Assembly (NCBI GenBank): GCA_002633005.1
Contig: NMRA01000219.1
Span: forward strand, 119,236-183,235
Direction: 5' to 3'
Source of the DNA: Phoronis australis
Lineage: Eukaryota > Animalia > Phoronida
Length of the DNA stretch: 64,000 bases
The position numbers and the translations under genes are program-made. The notes beneath the pieces were generated by a model. The model was not told the origin of the DNA. It did no database searches and saw nothing but the letters and a program-made list of their open reading frames with translations. Positions 37,901 through 50,400 of this stretch are shown piece after piece (position 1 is the first letter of the stretch; every line of letters starts with the position of its first letter).

Positions 37901-39307
37901 TAAAGCCAGTGCTACAGCTGTTTAATATATTTTGTGACACTCCTGCTTATAACTGAGTTTGCAAAATTTATCCCTGTTCTCTGCACATCTATTTGTATAC
38001 CAACTGGTGAATTGATTTTTGATTTCAAAATGGCGAAGGTTAGAGGCTATGCAGATTGAAGTTGCACTTGAGTTATGAAAAGGTACTTGCTCAGAATAGG
38101 TCAATATTCTATGCTCATTAAATTCGACTGCCTTTATTTCTGATAACCCCTCCTCATTCACCCATTTATTTATTAATTTCCTAGCTACTGGCACCTCATA
38201 AATTTTCACTTGACTTTAACAGGCTTTTACTGCCTGTCTGTCCATGTATCACTTTAAAACTGGTTTAATTAAATAAAAGATAATTCAATACTGGTTGTTA
38301 TTACCGTCGAGTGTGTTGTAAAACCTTTATCTTAACTTAAGGTTAAAGACCCTTTGTCTTAATTGTTGGAACGGATCTTTGTAGATATGTATCTTTCTTT
38401 TTACACCATATCTTGAAATTGTTATTTTTGCAGGGCTACAGCTGCAGATTGCTTGGAGAGTTCATACTTCAAAGAAAATCCATTGCGTAAGTCTAGACGC
38501 TCTTACTATGCTTTACTTGCATCTCACAACTTGGAAATTTCTAAAAAGTGATGGGTGTATGTATGAATTTTTGAATTTTGAGTTTGGTTCAGGCAACCAT
38601 ACTACACTGCATAATTTGAGCGACACTCAAAAGTGTGGATCCTTTGATTTCACAGATAAGCTCTCTGTATGTAACCAACGCAACCGTTAAAAAGTGTGAA
38701 ATCTGTTGAAGTGCACAGGTTGGTCTAAAAAAAATTGAGGCAAAACTGGCAAAGTTATTCCTTCAAGTTGCATATAGAAGTATTGTGCTGTTATGCTGTG
38801 GTGATCGTGAAACAGTGACATTTTTGTTTTGTTTAAGCTTGTGATCCTGAGCTGATGCCTTCCTTTCCTCAACACCGCAATAAAAGGCGGATTGAACAGT
38901 TTGCAGGCGATGGGTAAGTAGAGTAAAATTCTATATTGACTATAAGCTGTCACTTATTTGTAAAAATTACAATTCTTTACTGAGCATACTTGGAACTCAG
39001 GAGCTCTGTTGTAGTGTAAAATTCTATTACGAAGTTTGTTTGTGCTAAATTTTTGACCCTCCAGTTAGCTTTTGTGAGCCACAAGTTTTTCTAAGAGTCA
39101 AAAAATTTTCTTTTTCTCAAAAGCATTTTTGGAAAATGGCTGTGGGTATCCAAACAAACTGTGATGCTACACATTTGTGTCAATTTTGTAAGCAGATACC
39201 GCTGTGTAATAACTAGTATTCAAAACATGTCTAGGATTGCCTTGTTTTTCATTTTCAGATTGACAAAAAGGCTGAAAGATAATAAGAAAGCGTTCGATAA
39301 TTTCTAG
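25917..39307 (+). CDS. CDK10: Cyclin-dependent kinase 10 (PISSLRE family), 14 coding exons, about 369 aa
   Basis: Exons 25917-26003, 28921-28993, 30290-30361, 31200-31302, 32060-32141, 32427-32494, 33466-33518, 34166-34295, 35844-35967, 36603-36652, 37762-37851, 38434-38486, 38838-38913 and 39259-39307 are all GT-AG and phase-compatible. Motifs: [79 protein letters not shown]. The last exon is less certain (alternative stop at 38917). Confidence 0.95.
26081..27005. mobile_element. Non-autonomous Mutator-like element (MULE), 925 bp, in CDK10 intron 1
   Basis: TIRs of about 280-290 bp (TAGGCAATGA ... TCATTGCCTA) and a perfect 9-bp TSD TACAACAGG at 26072-26080 and 27006-27014. Confidence 0.9.
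33133..33226. repeat. Short foldback related to the 9921-10184 element
   Basis: Arms AACATTTCTAAGTCTGGTTAGCACGCC / GGCGTGCCGATCAGACTTAGAAATGTT; the loop contains GTGACCTAATGAATA, shared with the 9921-10184 element. Confidence 0.7.
34523..35033 (-). mobile_element. Non-autonomous hAT-like element (13-bp TIR, 6-bp TSD)
   Basis: CAGGGCTTGGAAT ... ATTCCAAGCCCTG, flanked by CTTGTT on both sides; CpG-rich interior with CCGCGG-like subterminal motifs. Confidence 0.85.
36406..36542. mobile_element. Degenerate TTAA-flanked MITE (TTAAAGCT...AGCTTTAA family)
   Basis: TTAAAGCTACAT ... ATGTAGCTTTAA; related interiors occur at about 29543-29871, 41860-42180 and 48440-48550. Confidence 0.5.
36724..36861. 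repeat. Long imperfect palindrome in a CDK10 intron
   Basis: TAATGGATCAACTGAAATTTT...ATAATCACATCCTT / AAGGATGTGATTAT...AAAATTTCAGTTGATCCATTA with extended outer arms. Confidence 0.85.
37512..37704. mobile_element. Foldback MITE with TIRs of about 65 bp
   Basis: ACCTTATTCACGCAGTCGCCATTTTA...GTGAGCCTCTTTT...AAAACAATGCATT / AATGCATTGTTTT...AAAAGAGGCTCAC...TAAGATGGTGACTGTGTGAATAAGGT. Confidence 0.75.
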
Positions 39308-40813
39308 TGTGCAATGCATGCAAATTAAATTGTGTAAATATTTTGCAGAATGTAAATAAAATTTTATGTTTCGAGTGTGCTTTGTGTTAAACAAAAATAA
39401 CAAAACAGTAACAAAAATAAAAAAACAGTAGCTGAATACCAGATAGATACTTAAATTTCGAATTGTTGGCCTCGGCAACCTTGACCAATAGTTGGTTGAA
39501 AATGTGATGCATACAGTAACACGTCAAACGAAATTGGGGAATAAACAGTAAAATAATAGTCAATGTTTATCTAGTGTGCTAGAACATCAAAACATATGGT
39601 TTTAAAAAAAATAACACTAGTTAGGAATATATAATCTTCAGAAGAATATCCTAATGAAAAGTGGCAAAAAGGGATTAGACAACTATTCGACGACATGGAT
39701 TACAACCACCGACATTGGTTTATTCAGAATTGTGAATGTGAGAGTGAATAAGTCCTGGTCAATATTTAGTGTCTTGGGACATTCCAATTGAAATGAATTC
39801 TTGATAAGATGTAACAGCAGTATTCCTATATTAGTGCGTTAACCTATTTATTACAAACCACTGAATAAGATATGCCTGTCCTCTGATTGGCTAAAATGCA
39901 TTACAAGATCTTCCATTGTGAGGCAAAGTTGACCGGCTATTCGTGAGTTAAACTCATACAGCCCAGGTGTCAGCTGTTGCTATTCATTGTCAGACCAATT
40001 ACAGGCTGGAGAAACCATGAACCACTGACTACATAAACAAAACGAGCAGACGGTTGATCAAGGTAGGTAGTATATGTCAGTCTAATAAGAGATGGACAAA
40101 TCAGAGGAAACATCAGTGATGGTATGATAAAACAAAGTGATCCCTCGTGCACATCGGGTTGTATGGACCTAGGAGAGCAGTGTTAGTTCAGTCTCTGACA
40201 ACACTGTTCTCCCTCGGTCTATCTGACTGGGATGCCATTGTTGGGTTGGGTTCATATTTGTGCATTGAAGTGTAACACTTTGACAATTAAGTCTGCTTAC
40301 AGAGAAAATGCTTGGCTACCACTTGTGAATGGTGTTATATAACTTAAGGCTCCTTGATATACCTGGTAAATGACACACACAAATAAGAACACTAATTTTG
40401 CTTGAGAGTAGCAGCATTTCGGGAAATTCAAGGATGTTTTGTGCAAACACTTTTGATTTCATTTAACTTGAGTATGTTGGTTTTAAAGGAACAAATCATG
40501 AGTTATATTACTATATTGACAATTCTTAAAGTCTGGCAAACTTTAAAATTACATTACAAAAAGAACTGCATTTCACAATCCAGTGACTGGTAAAATTGTG
40601 AACTATCAGATGCAAGTGGGAATTCACCATACATTTCATGTCAACGACATTTGTCTTTGTGAGAGGCAAACATGAACAAAATGCAGTCCTTGTAGACCAT
40701 TGTCTGAAGATGGAAGCTGCATTAAAACAACCACACAGTCTGGCTAAACAATATTACCTATCAGCCCGTTGTCAAAAAAATATTTGCATGAACATCTAAA
40801 TGTAGTCAGTTAA

Positions 40814-41328
40814 GGTTATGCAGGACCCTATAAAAATGTCCAAATTAAGCAAACTTCGGAACATCGTATCTCAGAAATGGCCAATGAAAACTTCGAAAAC
40901 AATGCTTTGTGCACTATTCTCAAAAACGCTGTTGGGATTTGTTTTAACACTGCGCCACTTTTACATGAGGAGCTATCAAAAAGCTTTTTGGATTTTCATG
41001 AAACATCTTTAAAGTTGGTAAAACGAAAATAATATTTTAGAAAACCGTAACAGCGTCTTTATATCTCACCATGAACATTTATATCAAACAAAATTTGATC
41101 GTGTGATTGACACCATTGTTTTGCCATCATTGTACCTTTCATTTTTGCTAAATTTTACTAAAAAGACATGGTCATGTGATCCAACTGATAACAGTTTGAT
41201 AAAAAGTTCAACATCAACTTTCACGGCCTTTCTACTTTCATAAAATATCTACTTTTACTGAATTAAATTGACACTTTTCTAGATATCTCGTTGAATGCGC
41301 AGACTTGTCAATAAGGTCCTACATAGCC
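40814..41328. mobile_element. Kolobok-type non-autonomous element
   Basis: TTAA|GGTTATGCAGGACC ... GGTCCTACATAGCC|TTAA: TTAA TSD with GG termini. Confidence 0.7.
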
Positions 41329-44300
41329 TTAAAGCTGCGATAAACTCTCGTCTTGACAAAGAAACTATTGATTTACACCAGTTACCACTATTTAATTGAG
41401 CTCCACTTTTTCCTTACTCAGATGTGACTTTCTGTCTTGCAAAGCTGAACTAACGCTTCATTACTGCTAGAGACCACACTAGGTGACGCACCATGACAAG
41501 TCACCTCATAGAGACTGCTCTCGAGCAGTAATGAACTGACACGTCTTGGAAAGACGAGAAATAGCCGCATCTATTTTGAGTAAGGAACAAAATTGAAAAC
41601 AATTTCAGTACAGGAGGAGGCCAATACCAAAACTTGATTGTTGTGATGGAAAGCGTGTTCATAGCCACTTCAAGTAAAAAGTTAAACCTATCCAAATATT
41701 GTGGAAAGTACACAAAGCTAGATTGAGCACCACAGCTGATTGTCTTGAGTCCATCTTGAGGCAAAAATTGCTCCACAACACACTACTTCAAGCTCTCTCG
41801 TGACATCTCCAACAACAAAATACATTAATATTATTTTAATTGAACAAAACTTTGTGGCTGCATTTTGCCATATTTAGCTAAAAGTGAAAACCAAATTGTG
41901 CCTTTTACTTCTATATATCAATCAGTCTCTTATCGCTTAATGGGATAGGATTCTAAAGATCACCTAAAGAACTGGTGATTTAAGACAATGCTTCAGAGTT
42001 TATTGGAGCAGGCCGAACCTAAAATTGCAAACTCGAAAAATGGCACTTGTAAACATCACGTGTGACTTCAGTTGATAACGAAAATGAATTCCTACCAAAG
42101 AAAAATGACACTGATTCTATGAGTCAGAGTAAAAGGCCAATTTTCATTTTAGCCAGCTAAACGGGCAAAATTCAACTTTAAAAATGCCATTGATGCTGAT
42201 TACAGCACCTGACGTCATACATTACATTGACTAAGTTAACCCAGAGACGCTGAACAAACTTTGCTAATGTATTCTTTGAAGGCACATAAGCTCATGACTG
42301 TCAGTCTTAATGACGTTCAAAGGAAGCCAACACAATGCTAGAAAAAAGACTTCAATACACATTCTGCTTCACACATGGGGAACATGTCTATTGCATTATT
42401 ACATAATGTCCCAGACCATGCAACTAATTATTGCACGGCAACTGATACTTCCATCATCTGATCAGCTACAATGTTGTAGGATAATGTCAGCTGTTGTGAG
42501 GTAATGTCCACCAGCTAGGCCATGTAATATCACGTCAACCAGCTAGGCCACGCAATATCATATGCCGCCTGGAAAACAGATGTAGCTCTTCACCATTTGA
42601 CTAATCAGATAGCTGAAATCCAATAAATCCCTGATGACAATGCAATCACACAGTGCCTGTACATCAGAGCGGATAAAACATGCTAATCTAATAAGAGACA
42701 AAAAAATCAGAGGAAAGATGCATCAGTGGTCGTGTAATTAAAAAAATGTAGAACAATCCCTCTGGCATTTTTTGCTCATTCTCTGTCCAAATCATCTGAC
42801 ATCACCCTTGGCAACGGTCCATATTTGTATATTACCTCTCCTTAGGTCACTATTTAAATGACGGTTTTCTAACTTCAGACCACCATTAATGCACGCGTTT
42901 AAAATCAGAGTTTGGTGTCTTTTCGGCAACGTCATGAACAAGAAGTGCTTACTTTCAACTAGTATTCAAACCTGTACTAAGCTGTAATGGAATGTTTTGC
43001 AATACACTTTACTACACAAATCACATAGTCAAGCAGCAGCACAAATCTGGTTATACAGCACTGGATAAAACTTGCAACCTATAATCAGATTTGCATATCA
43101 CATGTACTACTTTGCATAATCAATAAGCAGTGCAAAAGTCGTGGCAGACGATGCATTTGTAAAGAAACTGCAATTTCGCAAAACTGGTTTCAATGCTTGC
43201 ATTCTTAAAGGTGTTTTAAAGTCATTATTTATGCGAAAATTCACATGCAAGACCCAAATATCACGATGTACTATAGACCTCAGTACCATGTGTTCAAGCA
43301 TGCCGACTGTTGCAGCGAGTCTCAAGTAAACCTGACAAACATCACATGTTAGCATCGTGTGCTCACACAGCCATACACTACGAGTTTCTCCAGCATCACA
43401 AACAAATTAAACAAACCTCCCCTAAAGCCCAACACAGCGCCAATTGGGTCTATCCAATGATGTAATCTTCACACTTGAATAAATCAACTTAGTGGCATTG
43501 AACTTAACTATTGATGACATCAGAGAACTATCATTTGATGCACGGCATTACGTAATTAGGAAAACTGACTCGATACAAAGGAATCTAACAAAATGGTTGC
43601 ATGGATGAATAAATTGGGTTTTCAAAGATGGCGCCGTGTGGGGCTGTGATAGAGGAGAATGTAAACAAGAACGCTTCTGTGAAACTGTCACAAAATACTC
43701 ACTAAACCAGAGTTAACTGTTCTAAGTTAGGAAAGGCAGTAGTACAGTTTTTATACAAAATAAATTAATTGCCCTACCAGTACAAGGGAATGACTTGACT
43801 GTGCAAATAACAATTTCATACGCATTTTGTTACAAATAACTTAAAATTCACATTTTATAATAAAATTATACAAACTTTAATACTTTTTACAAAATAATTA
43901 AAAACTCCGAGGTTAAGTATCACTGATACAAGAGTGAAAACACATTACAGCAGTTGCAGACAAGCTTCCAATGACAAACAATGAAATGTTCTCTCTGTAA
44001 ACGAGACCCATAAGGCCAAAGGAAATAAAACAATTGATTCTGGTCTGTGCTGAACTCACTTTTATAAGGACAAAGCACACACCCACATCACTTTTAGCAA
44101 AGTGGCTTAGGAGCTCAGCAACATCACTGTTTTTTGAAAACAGGTATCCAAAAACGAGCGCTGCAGTTTTGAGTCACACTAATTATGTTTTTCGTCATCT
44201 CAATTGTTCATTTAACTTGGAATGAGTCGTACATTCATTATTTGCAACCACAACACAATGATCACAAACTGTAAGTGAGGCTGAAAATTTGGTTCAAATT

Positions 44301-44458
44301 TGTAAACATCTTTACAACCAGCTCCTCAGTGATTAAAGAAGTTAAAATACAGATGGGATTCACAATCATGTTAACAAAATGGGTCATATTCAGGGTTTGT
44401 TAACTTTTTAGATGCTCTTCAAAACAAATCGCTGTTACATAACAGCATAGGGTGGACA

Positions 44459-47400
44459 TCACCGACTGTCCAGCATACTTTTGATGACCCTTCGTTCTTT
44501 GTCACCGAGTCTTTGAACTTCAGAGGTGAACTCCGATATTCTACCTATAGCACAAGAACAAAAACATTGAAGTACTACAGACTTTAAATGACACAGGTTA
44601 TCAGACTCTGGCTCACTGGTCGTTATCGGAAAAACATGAAAAGAGCTGGCAGGTCAACAACATCAATGTGATTGCAGTAATTACTTTGCAATGCTTTCAA
44701 TTACAACTATTTGGAAATTTCTGATGGGATATGCGCAGACCACATGTTGCCGTATTGTAAGTCTTAACCAAGAAGTGCACGACCACATGTTGTCAAGTCC
44801 TGATCAAGATAAAACCAGAGAAAAAACTCCCTCAAAACTCTGAACTGTTTTCAACGAATGTGAAATCATTCAGGTTGGGGTTCACTTCTAGCAATACCAT
44901 GTGTTTTGACAACCTACCTAATGATACCATGTATTTTGATAACCTACCTATTGATATGTAACACTCCTTTAACTTCTTGACAAACTCTGTAAAGATGGCA
45001 GATGCAGCAGTCTGGTCCTAAAATACATGTTTAGTACATAAAGTTCAAAGTAAAAAGTAATTACCAAAAGACAATAATTTGTCTATCCACACATCCTCAA
45101 ACAAGACTCAAAAACAAATCAACTTCTAACATTTTGGATGACAAAAGGTACACATGGACTAATACAAATGGAAAACTGTAAATTGTGAACTGTGTGCCTT
45201 TACTATTTTACAAGACAAAAGAGCTTTGTATCCCAGATAAATGTATTTGTCTTGACTTTTGTTTTTCTCTAATCCACTGCTTTTTCACCAAATAAGGAGT
45301 GAAAATGTTTTGCACTGAGTTCATGAACGCCACGCATCATTCACATAAATCTGCAAAAATCTTACCAAACATGAAGAAACACAATGTTTGTTATTGGGGA
45401 ATGCCAAGCATTCCCCAATAACAAACTGATTACTTGCACTTCAACTGAGAGGGAAAGCACGGTACGTTGCCAGAGCTTACTGGAAAAAAATATGAATCAC
45501 CTTCTTCACCCAAGATGTGTTCCGGTGTTAATTTCTGTCCTAGAGATACAAAAGCAACACTCTGGCTTCTATATTTTGTCCATACCGAGGACACAAGGCG
45601 AGTGGAGCGCCCAATGTAACCTCAACCTCTCACCTCTTCTTCATCACTCCAGCTGTCCCAGTCAGAGCCAATGTCGGAGGCCTGAGATCCTGGCGACACC
45701 ACACGGCCATCAGTGGAGTTACTCAGAGCGCTGAGTCGTCCCGATGGCCCACTACCCGAGTTGTTGCTGGCATTTAGCGTCAGAGATTCATGTAAGATGA
45801 GATCTTTGGAGGCACCTAGAAGAGATCATAACATCACAGCACACTGTTAACATGCCCCTAGCGGTGTTACACACAGATTTATGATGGTCAGATCGTTCAC
45901 AGAGCGTCATGTTTTCAACTGAATCACTTATTCTTTACTGTGACAAGCAATATGTCAACATTAAATTCAAGCAACGCACAGCCACACACACTCTCATAAA
46001 TCCTTGATATCAATTCAGTTTGGTGGCAACAGCGATTAGAAGAGAACATATGAGCAGTGTAGTGATACCTAAAGCTTGGTCTTCACTATCACTTTCACTG
46101 TCTGAAGGAAGACCAGCCACTGGTGAAGGAGGGATGTCATTGGACAGTATGGCCAGGTTATCATCACATGACCTTGAACCACGACTTGATTGGGGAGATG
46201 TTATCTGAAACAAAATACATTGAAAAGGTATTTAAACTATCTCATATAAATGAGAAAATTCACCTGTTCTATCCCTCATGCACTCACAAACAAACAAAAG
46301 CCATCATCTTCCAAGTCCTATGTGACAGAAGTAAGAACGAGATTAAAAATTTGACATTGCAGATAGTAGCACATAGATTATATTCCTGCATATGAAAGAT
46401 GCTCCAAAAGGATAATTTCTAAAGGAGAATTTGAGCTTTTGGGAAAACAGCAACACATTTCAAAACCTGATCTGGAAAACATTATGGCTGCTCTAACTAA
46501 TTGACACCATTAACAAAAAATGTAGAGATCCTGATTTTTTTGTTTATAAAAACGGAGCAAACACAAAATTAGATGTGTTCCTATTTGTAAAATTATCAAA
46601 ATCTGTTTACCAGTAGCTATTTCAAAGTGATAAATAATATCAAAATAACCTGTGAATTGCTTAATTACTTTTTCCGCTGAATAACGCCTCAACTATCCTT
46701 TAACGATAACTTGCTGTACGCCATGCTTACTGGTTCTCAACACAGTAAAAAAACATTGTCACCTTCACAAAGAATGACTAACTTGAATGTGTCTGGTGCA
46801 AAATGATCGTATATGACCAGAGCCGTGGAATTTGATGGTCAGGAATATTTTCTTAATTTCTGGTAATTAAAAACATAAGTATTGAGGTAACTGAAATATT
46901 TTAATCCCGTTTGAAAACTCCAATTTCATGAAAGAAGTAAAATTTTGTGAATTTCATTCGTTTTCCATTACCATGGAAAAACGAGGTCTATACACAATGT
47001 GGTTTCCTTACAATAAAAGAATTAAACATGATGACCAGACGCATAAACATGCACTCCATCTTCACTACAATTTAACAATGATCTACTGAAGAATACAACC
47101 ATACAACAAGTTGCACACTCAGTAAATTTCGCTGATTTTCATACTCTTTACTCACACCAACATTATTCTACATCACAAACAAGGCTCAAGTTAGCACTGG
47201 TTGGTTTTGGACGCATCTCGCCATAAATCTAGCTTTTAAATAGAAATCGAACTATCATTCACCTTGTTCATTCGCTTTACCACACAAACTTTAATGTCGA
47301 AAAATTAAACTTACAAAGTTGGTCCTAAAGTAGACGGACTGGAATATACTGGTAAGGTGGTGTGCATTGGTCAACAGGGGGCACAACAACAGATAGATGT

Positions 47401-50400
47401 CAAGAGCCTGGCGTGTCTTATGCAGTTCTAATTCCTAAAACAACAGCAATAAGAAAGAGCTGAAGCAGACTATTTCAGAGTGTAAGCAAACAACATAAAG
47501 GGTTCAACGTTTGAATTTTGAAGTAAATAGCAGGAGTTTTCATCCATGTTTAACAACAGACATGTGACGAGCCTGAATAAAGAAGGATGACTCAAAGTGT
47601 GAAGCCATCCTCACGATTCATCGAAGGCCACTTTGACTCGTGAAGCCACTTAAAAGACTTTCTCTCCTTCCATTTTGTGACACAACAAGAGGATTTCCAG
47701 CTTAGTCTACTTGGTGCGATTATTATGATCATATAAAAGGAAGAGACTGCATACTGAAAGAATTCAAGCGAGAACAAACAGTTGTTCTACACTGAAGCAA
47801 AATGGAATTTTGAAATTCCATTTTGCTTCTGTTGGTTGACTACAAAAATGTACAGAAGACATGTAGAGTCTCTGGTTGCAACTACGTGAACTACAAATGG
47901 CTAAAAGGGAAAGAAAAAAAGCGGAACTAAAAATGCAAGACCCTGGTTATCTTAGAAAGACATTTTCCATTGTTGTTTAATTACTATTTCCTTAGCCTTC
48001 GTTCAATATGCATCCATCAACTATGGAGTGACGCAAACAGCCTGTATCTTGTTTCTGCATTCTCACCAATGTCAGCCAGAGACAGTGTTCTGTAGTGAGT
48101 CAACCAGTCAGTGGTTGTTCAATGGGAGTGAGAAAAGAAACAAAATGCAAGCCTGTTATTGGACTTTTACATCACTATGCTATTGTTGCATGCACAATTA
48201 ATCAGGTTCAAAAGTTAAAGTTGTATTTCATTCTTATAGTTGTCAATGTTGAAATCTTAAAACGAAGCATGTTTTCACATCCCCTACTTTAAAAAGACAT
48301 TACCATGATCATCCAATCATGAATTGTAGCCAAATGAGTTGGCAATTCAAGTACAGGCACCATTTTCGAATTCACCTATTATCAGCCAACTCCAATAAAC
48401 TCTGTAGCTGGTTTGTTGAGGCTTAATATTTTCGTGTTGGGAACAGAAACGGAATTCTATCACAGTGAGGAATATCATGAGACTGAGAATAAAAAGCTTA
48501 ATTTGATTTTCATTTTATAGGCAGCAAAACAAGGCAAAACAAAGCTTTAACAGAGAAAATGTCTCTCTAAGATATGCAAGGATTGTACCTTTGGCAAAGG
48601 TTACATATCATCTTGCTTTTCCTCTTAAAAGAGCCTAAAGTATGGACAACATTCAGCATGCTTTGACACATAACCAACGTCTCACATAACACTGTATAAA
48701 ACAGTCCTGAATTCAACTTCCCCAACCAAAAAAATCTATTCGCTCATTCCGGTTCATTGACAAGGGAGGAACAATATATTGTACATCTAGCAATGAATAT
48801 ATTTTGCTCTTTTTGCCAATTTCTTGGTGTCAGCATTGCAAATCAATTGATGAACTGCACAATAATAAGTGTAATATGACAAATGCTTGACACACATGAT
48901 GAATTCTGGGTGAATACCTTAGAACGAGAATAGTGGTGCTGTGCCGTTTCAGGATGGGCCTACTGAGGTCATCAAAAGCAACTCACATATTTGCCACAGT
49001 TAGTTTTAGAGATACTAAACGTAGCATATTAATATGTAAACATTGAATTTTGAAAAATACCCACAAGGATTGACAACTTATCTTTTGTTGATTTTTGTTG
49101 AAAGATGGTGTTCACACGGTCACTTAAATCCATTGAATAATCAGTAATTATCTTCTCAAAGATCATAACATACTCAAGAAGAACAGTCTAGACCAGTGTA
49201 ACTGAATGTGACTTCACATTTGAGTTAACACAGCCACAGTAGCTTAGACATATGACTAACCTTCTGGGCCACAATCTCTGCCAGCTGCCTCATGGCTGTG
49301 CTGCACTGCTTGGCCACTTCTTGCTGATGGCTCCTAGAACCATCCTTGATGGACTCGTTCAGCTTGGTGGAGAGGATGTAGACACTGTGGTGTGAGAAAC
49401 AGACACGATGTAGACACTGTGGTGTGAGAAATAGACAGGATGTAGACACTGTGGTGTGAGAAACAGACAGGATGTAGACACTGTGGTGTGAGAAACAGAC
49501 AGGATGTAGACACTGTGGTGTGAGAAAAAGACAGAATGTAGATGGTACCGTGTGAGAAACAGACATGATGCAGACACTGTGGTGTGAGAAACACAGGATG
49601 TAGACACTACGGTGTGAGAAACAGACAGGATGCAGAGATTGAGGTGTGAGAAACAGACAGGATGGTGAGAAACACACATGATGTAGAAACTATGGTGTGA
49701 GAAATAGATAGGACGTAGACACGGAGTTAGAAACAGACAGGATGTAGACACTGTAGTGTAGGCAACGGATGAGTGGCGTAGGACTACTAATAAGCTAACA
49801 CACGCCAAATATAGTAAAGGGTACTTTTATTACATTGTTGTTTGGAAAACATCATGGGAGGTCTGAGGCCTAAAGGCTGAACACTGAATTGAGATTACAA
49901 TTACTGCAGCCTCATGTATAATCATGATTGCATAAAAACTGTTAACAGCCTGTAAAGACCTGATTGACTGATACATGACTCACCTGTCATAGATATCCCT
50001 GTTTATATGGTCATCATCAAAGTCTTTGCCCAGATACCAGACTAGCAGAGGAAGCATGTTTACTGTCAAACATGTCTTGTTGTTCTTAAAGAACACAGGA
50101 ATGATGGAGTGGATCTCATTCAACACATACTTCTCCACATGGCGGGCACTGTCCACTGAGTGGTCAGTTTTGTGTCCAAAGCTGGTATAAATAGAAAACA
50201 GTCAATTTTGCTCGAAACTGTCAATTTTTGATTCCACACATTACTTTCCCCCTTTTCAGAAGCTATTTGAAGCAGAAAGCAGTGCTGAAAATATTATTGA
50301 GTTGTCCGAATAGCCTACTCTCTGCGATCAATACACACATGCCAATTATTAACATGTTTATGGGCGATCATTCAACAAATGTGTGAAGCTTATGATTCGT

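Noticed and set aside
49374-49761. CRISPR-like array of 32-bp repeats
   Set aside because: Units are head-to-tail with no unique spacers, there are no cas genes, and the context is a eukaryotic intron; it is a minisatellite.
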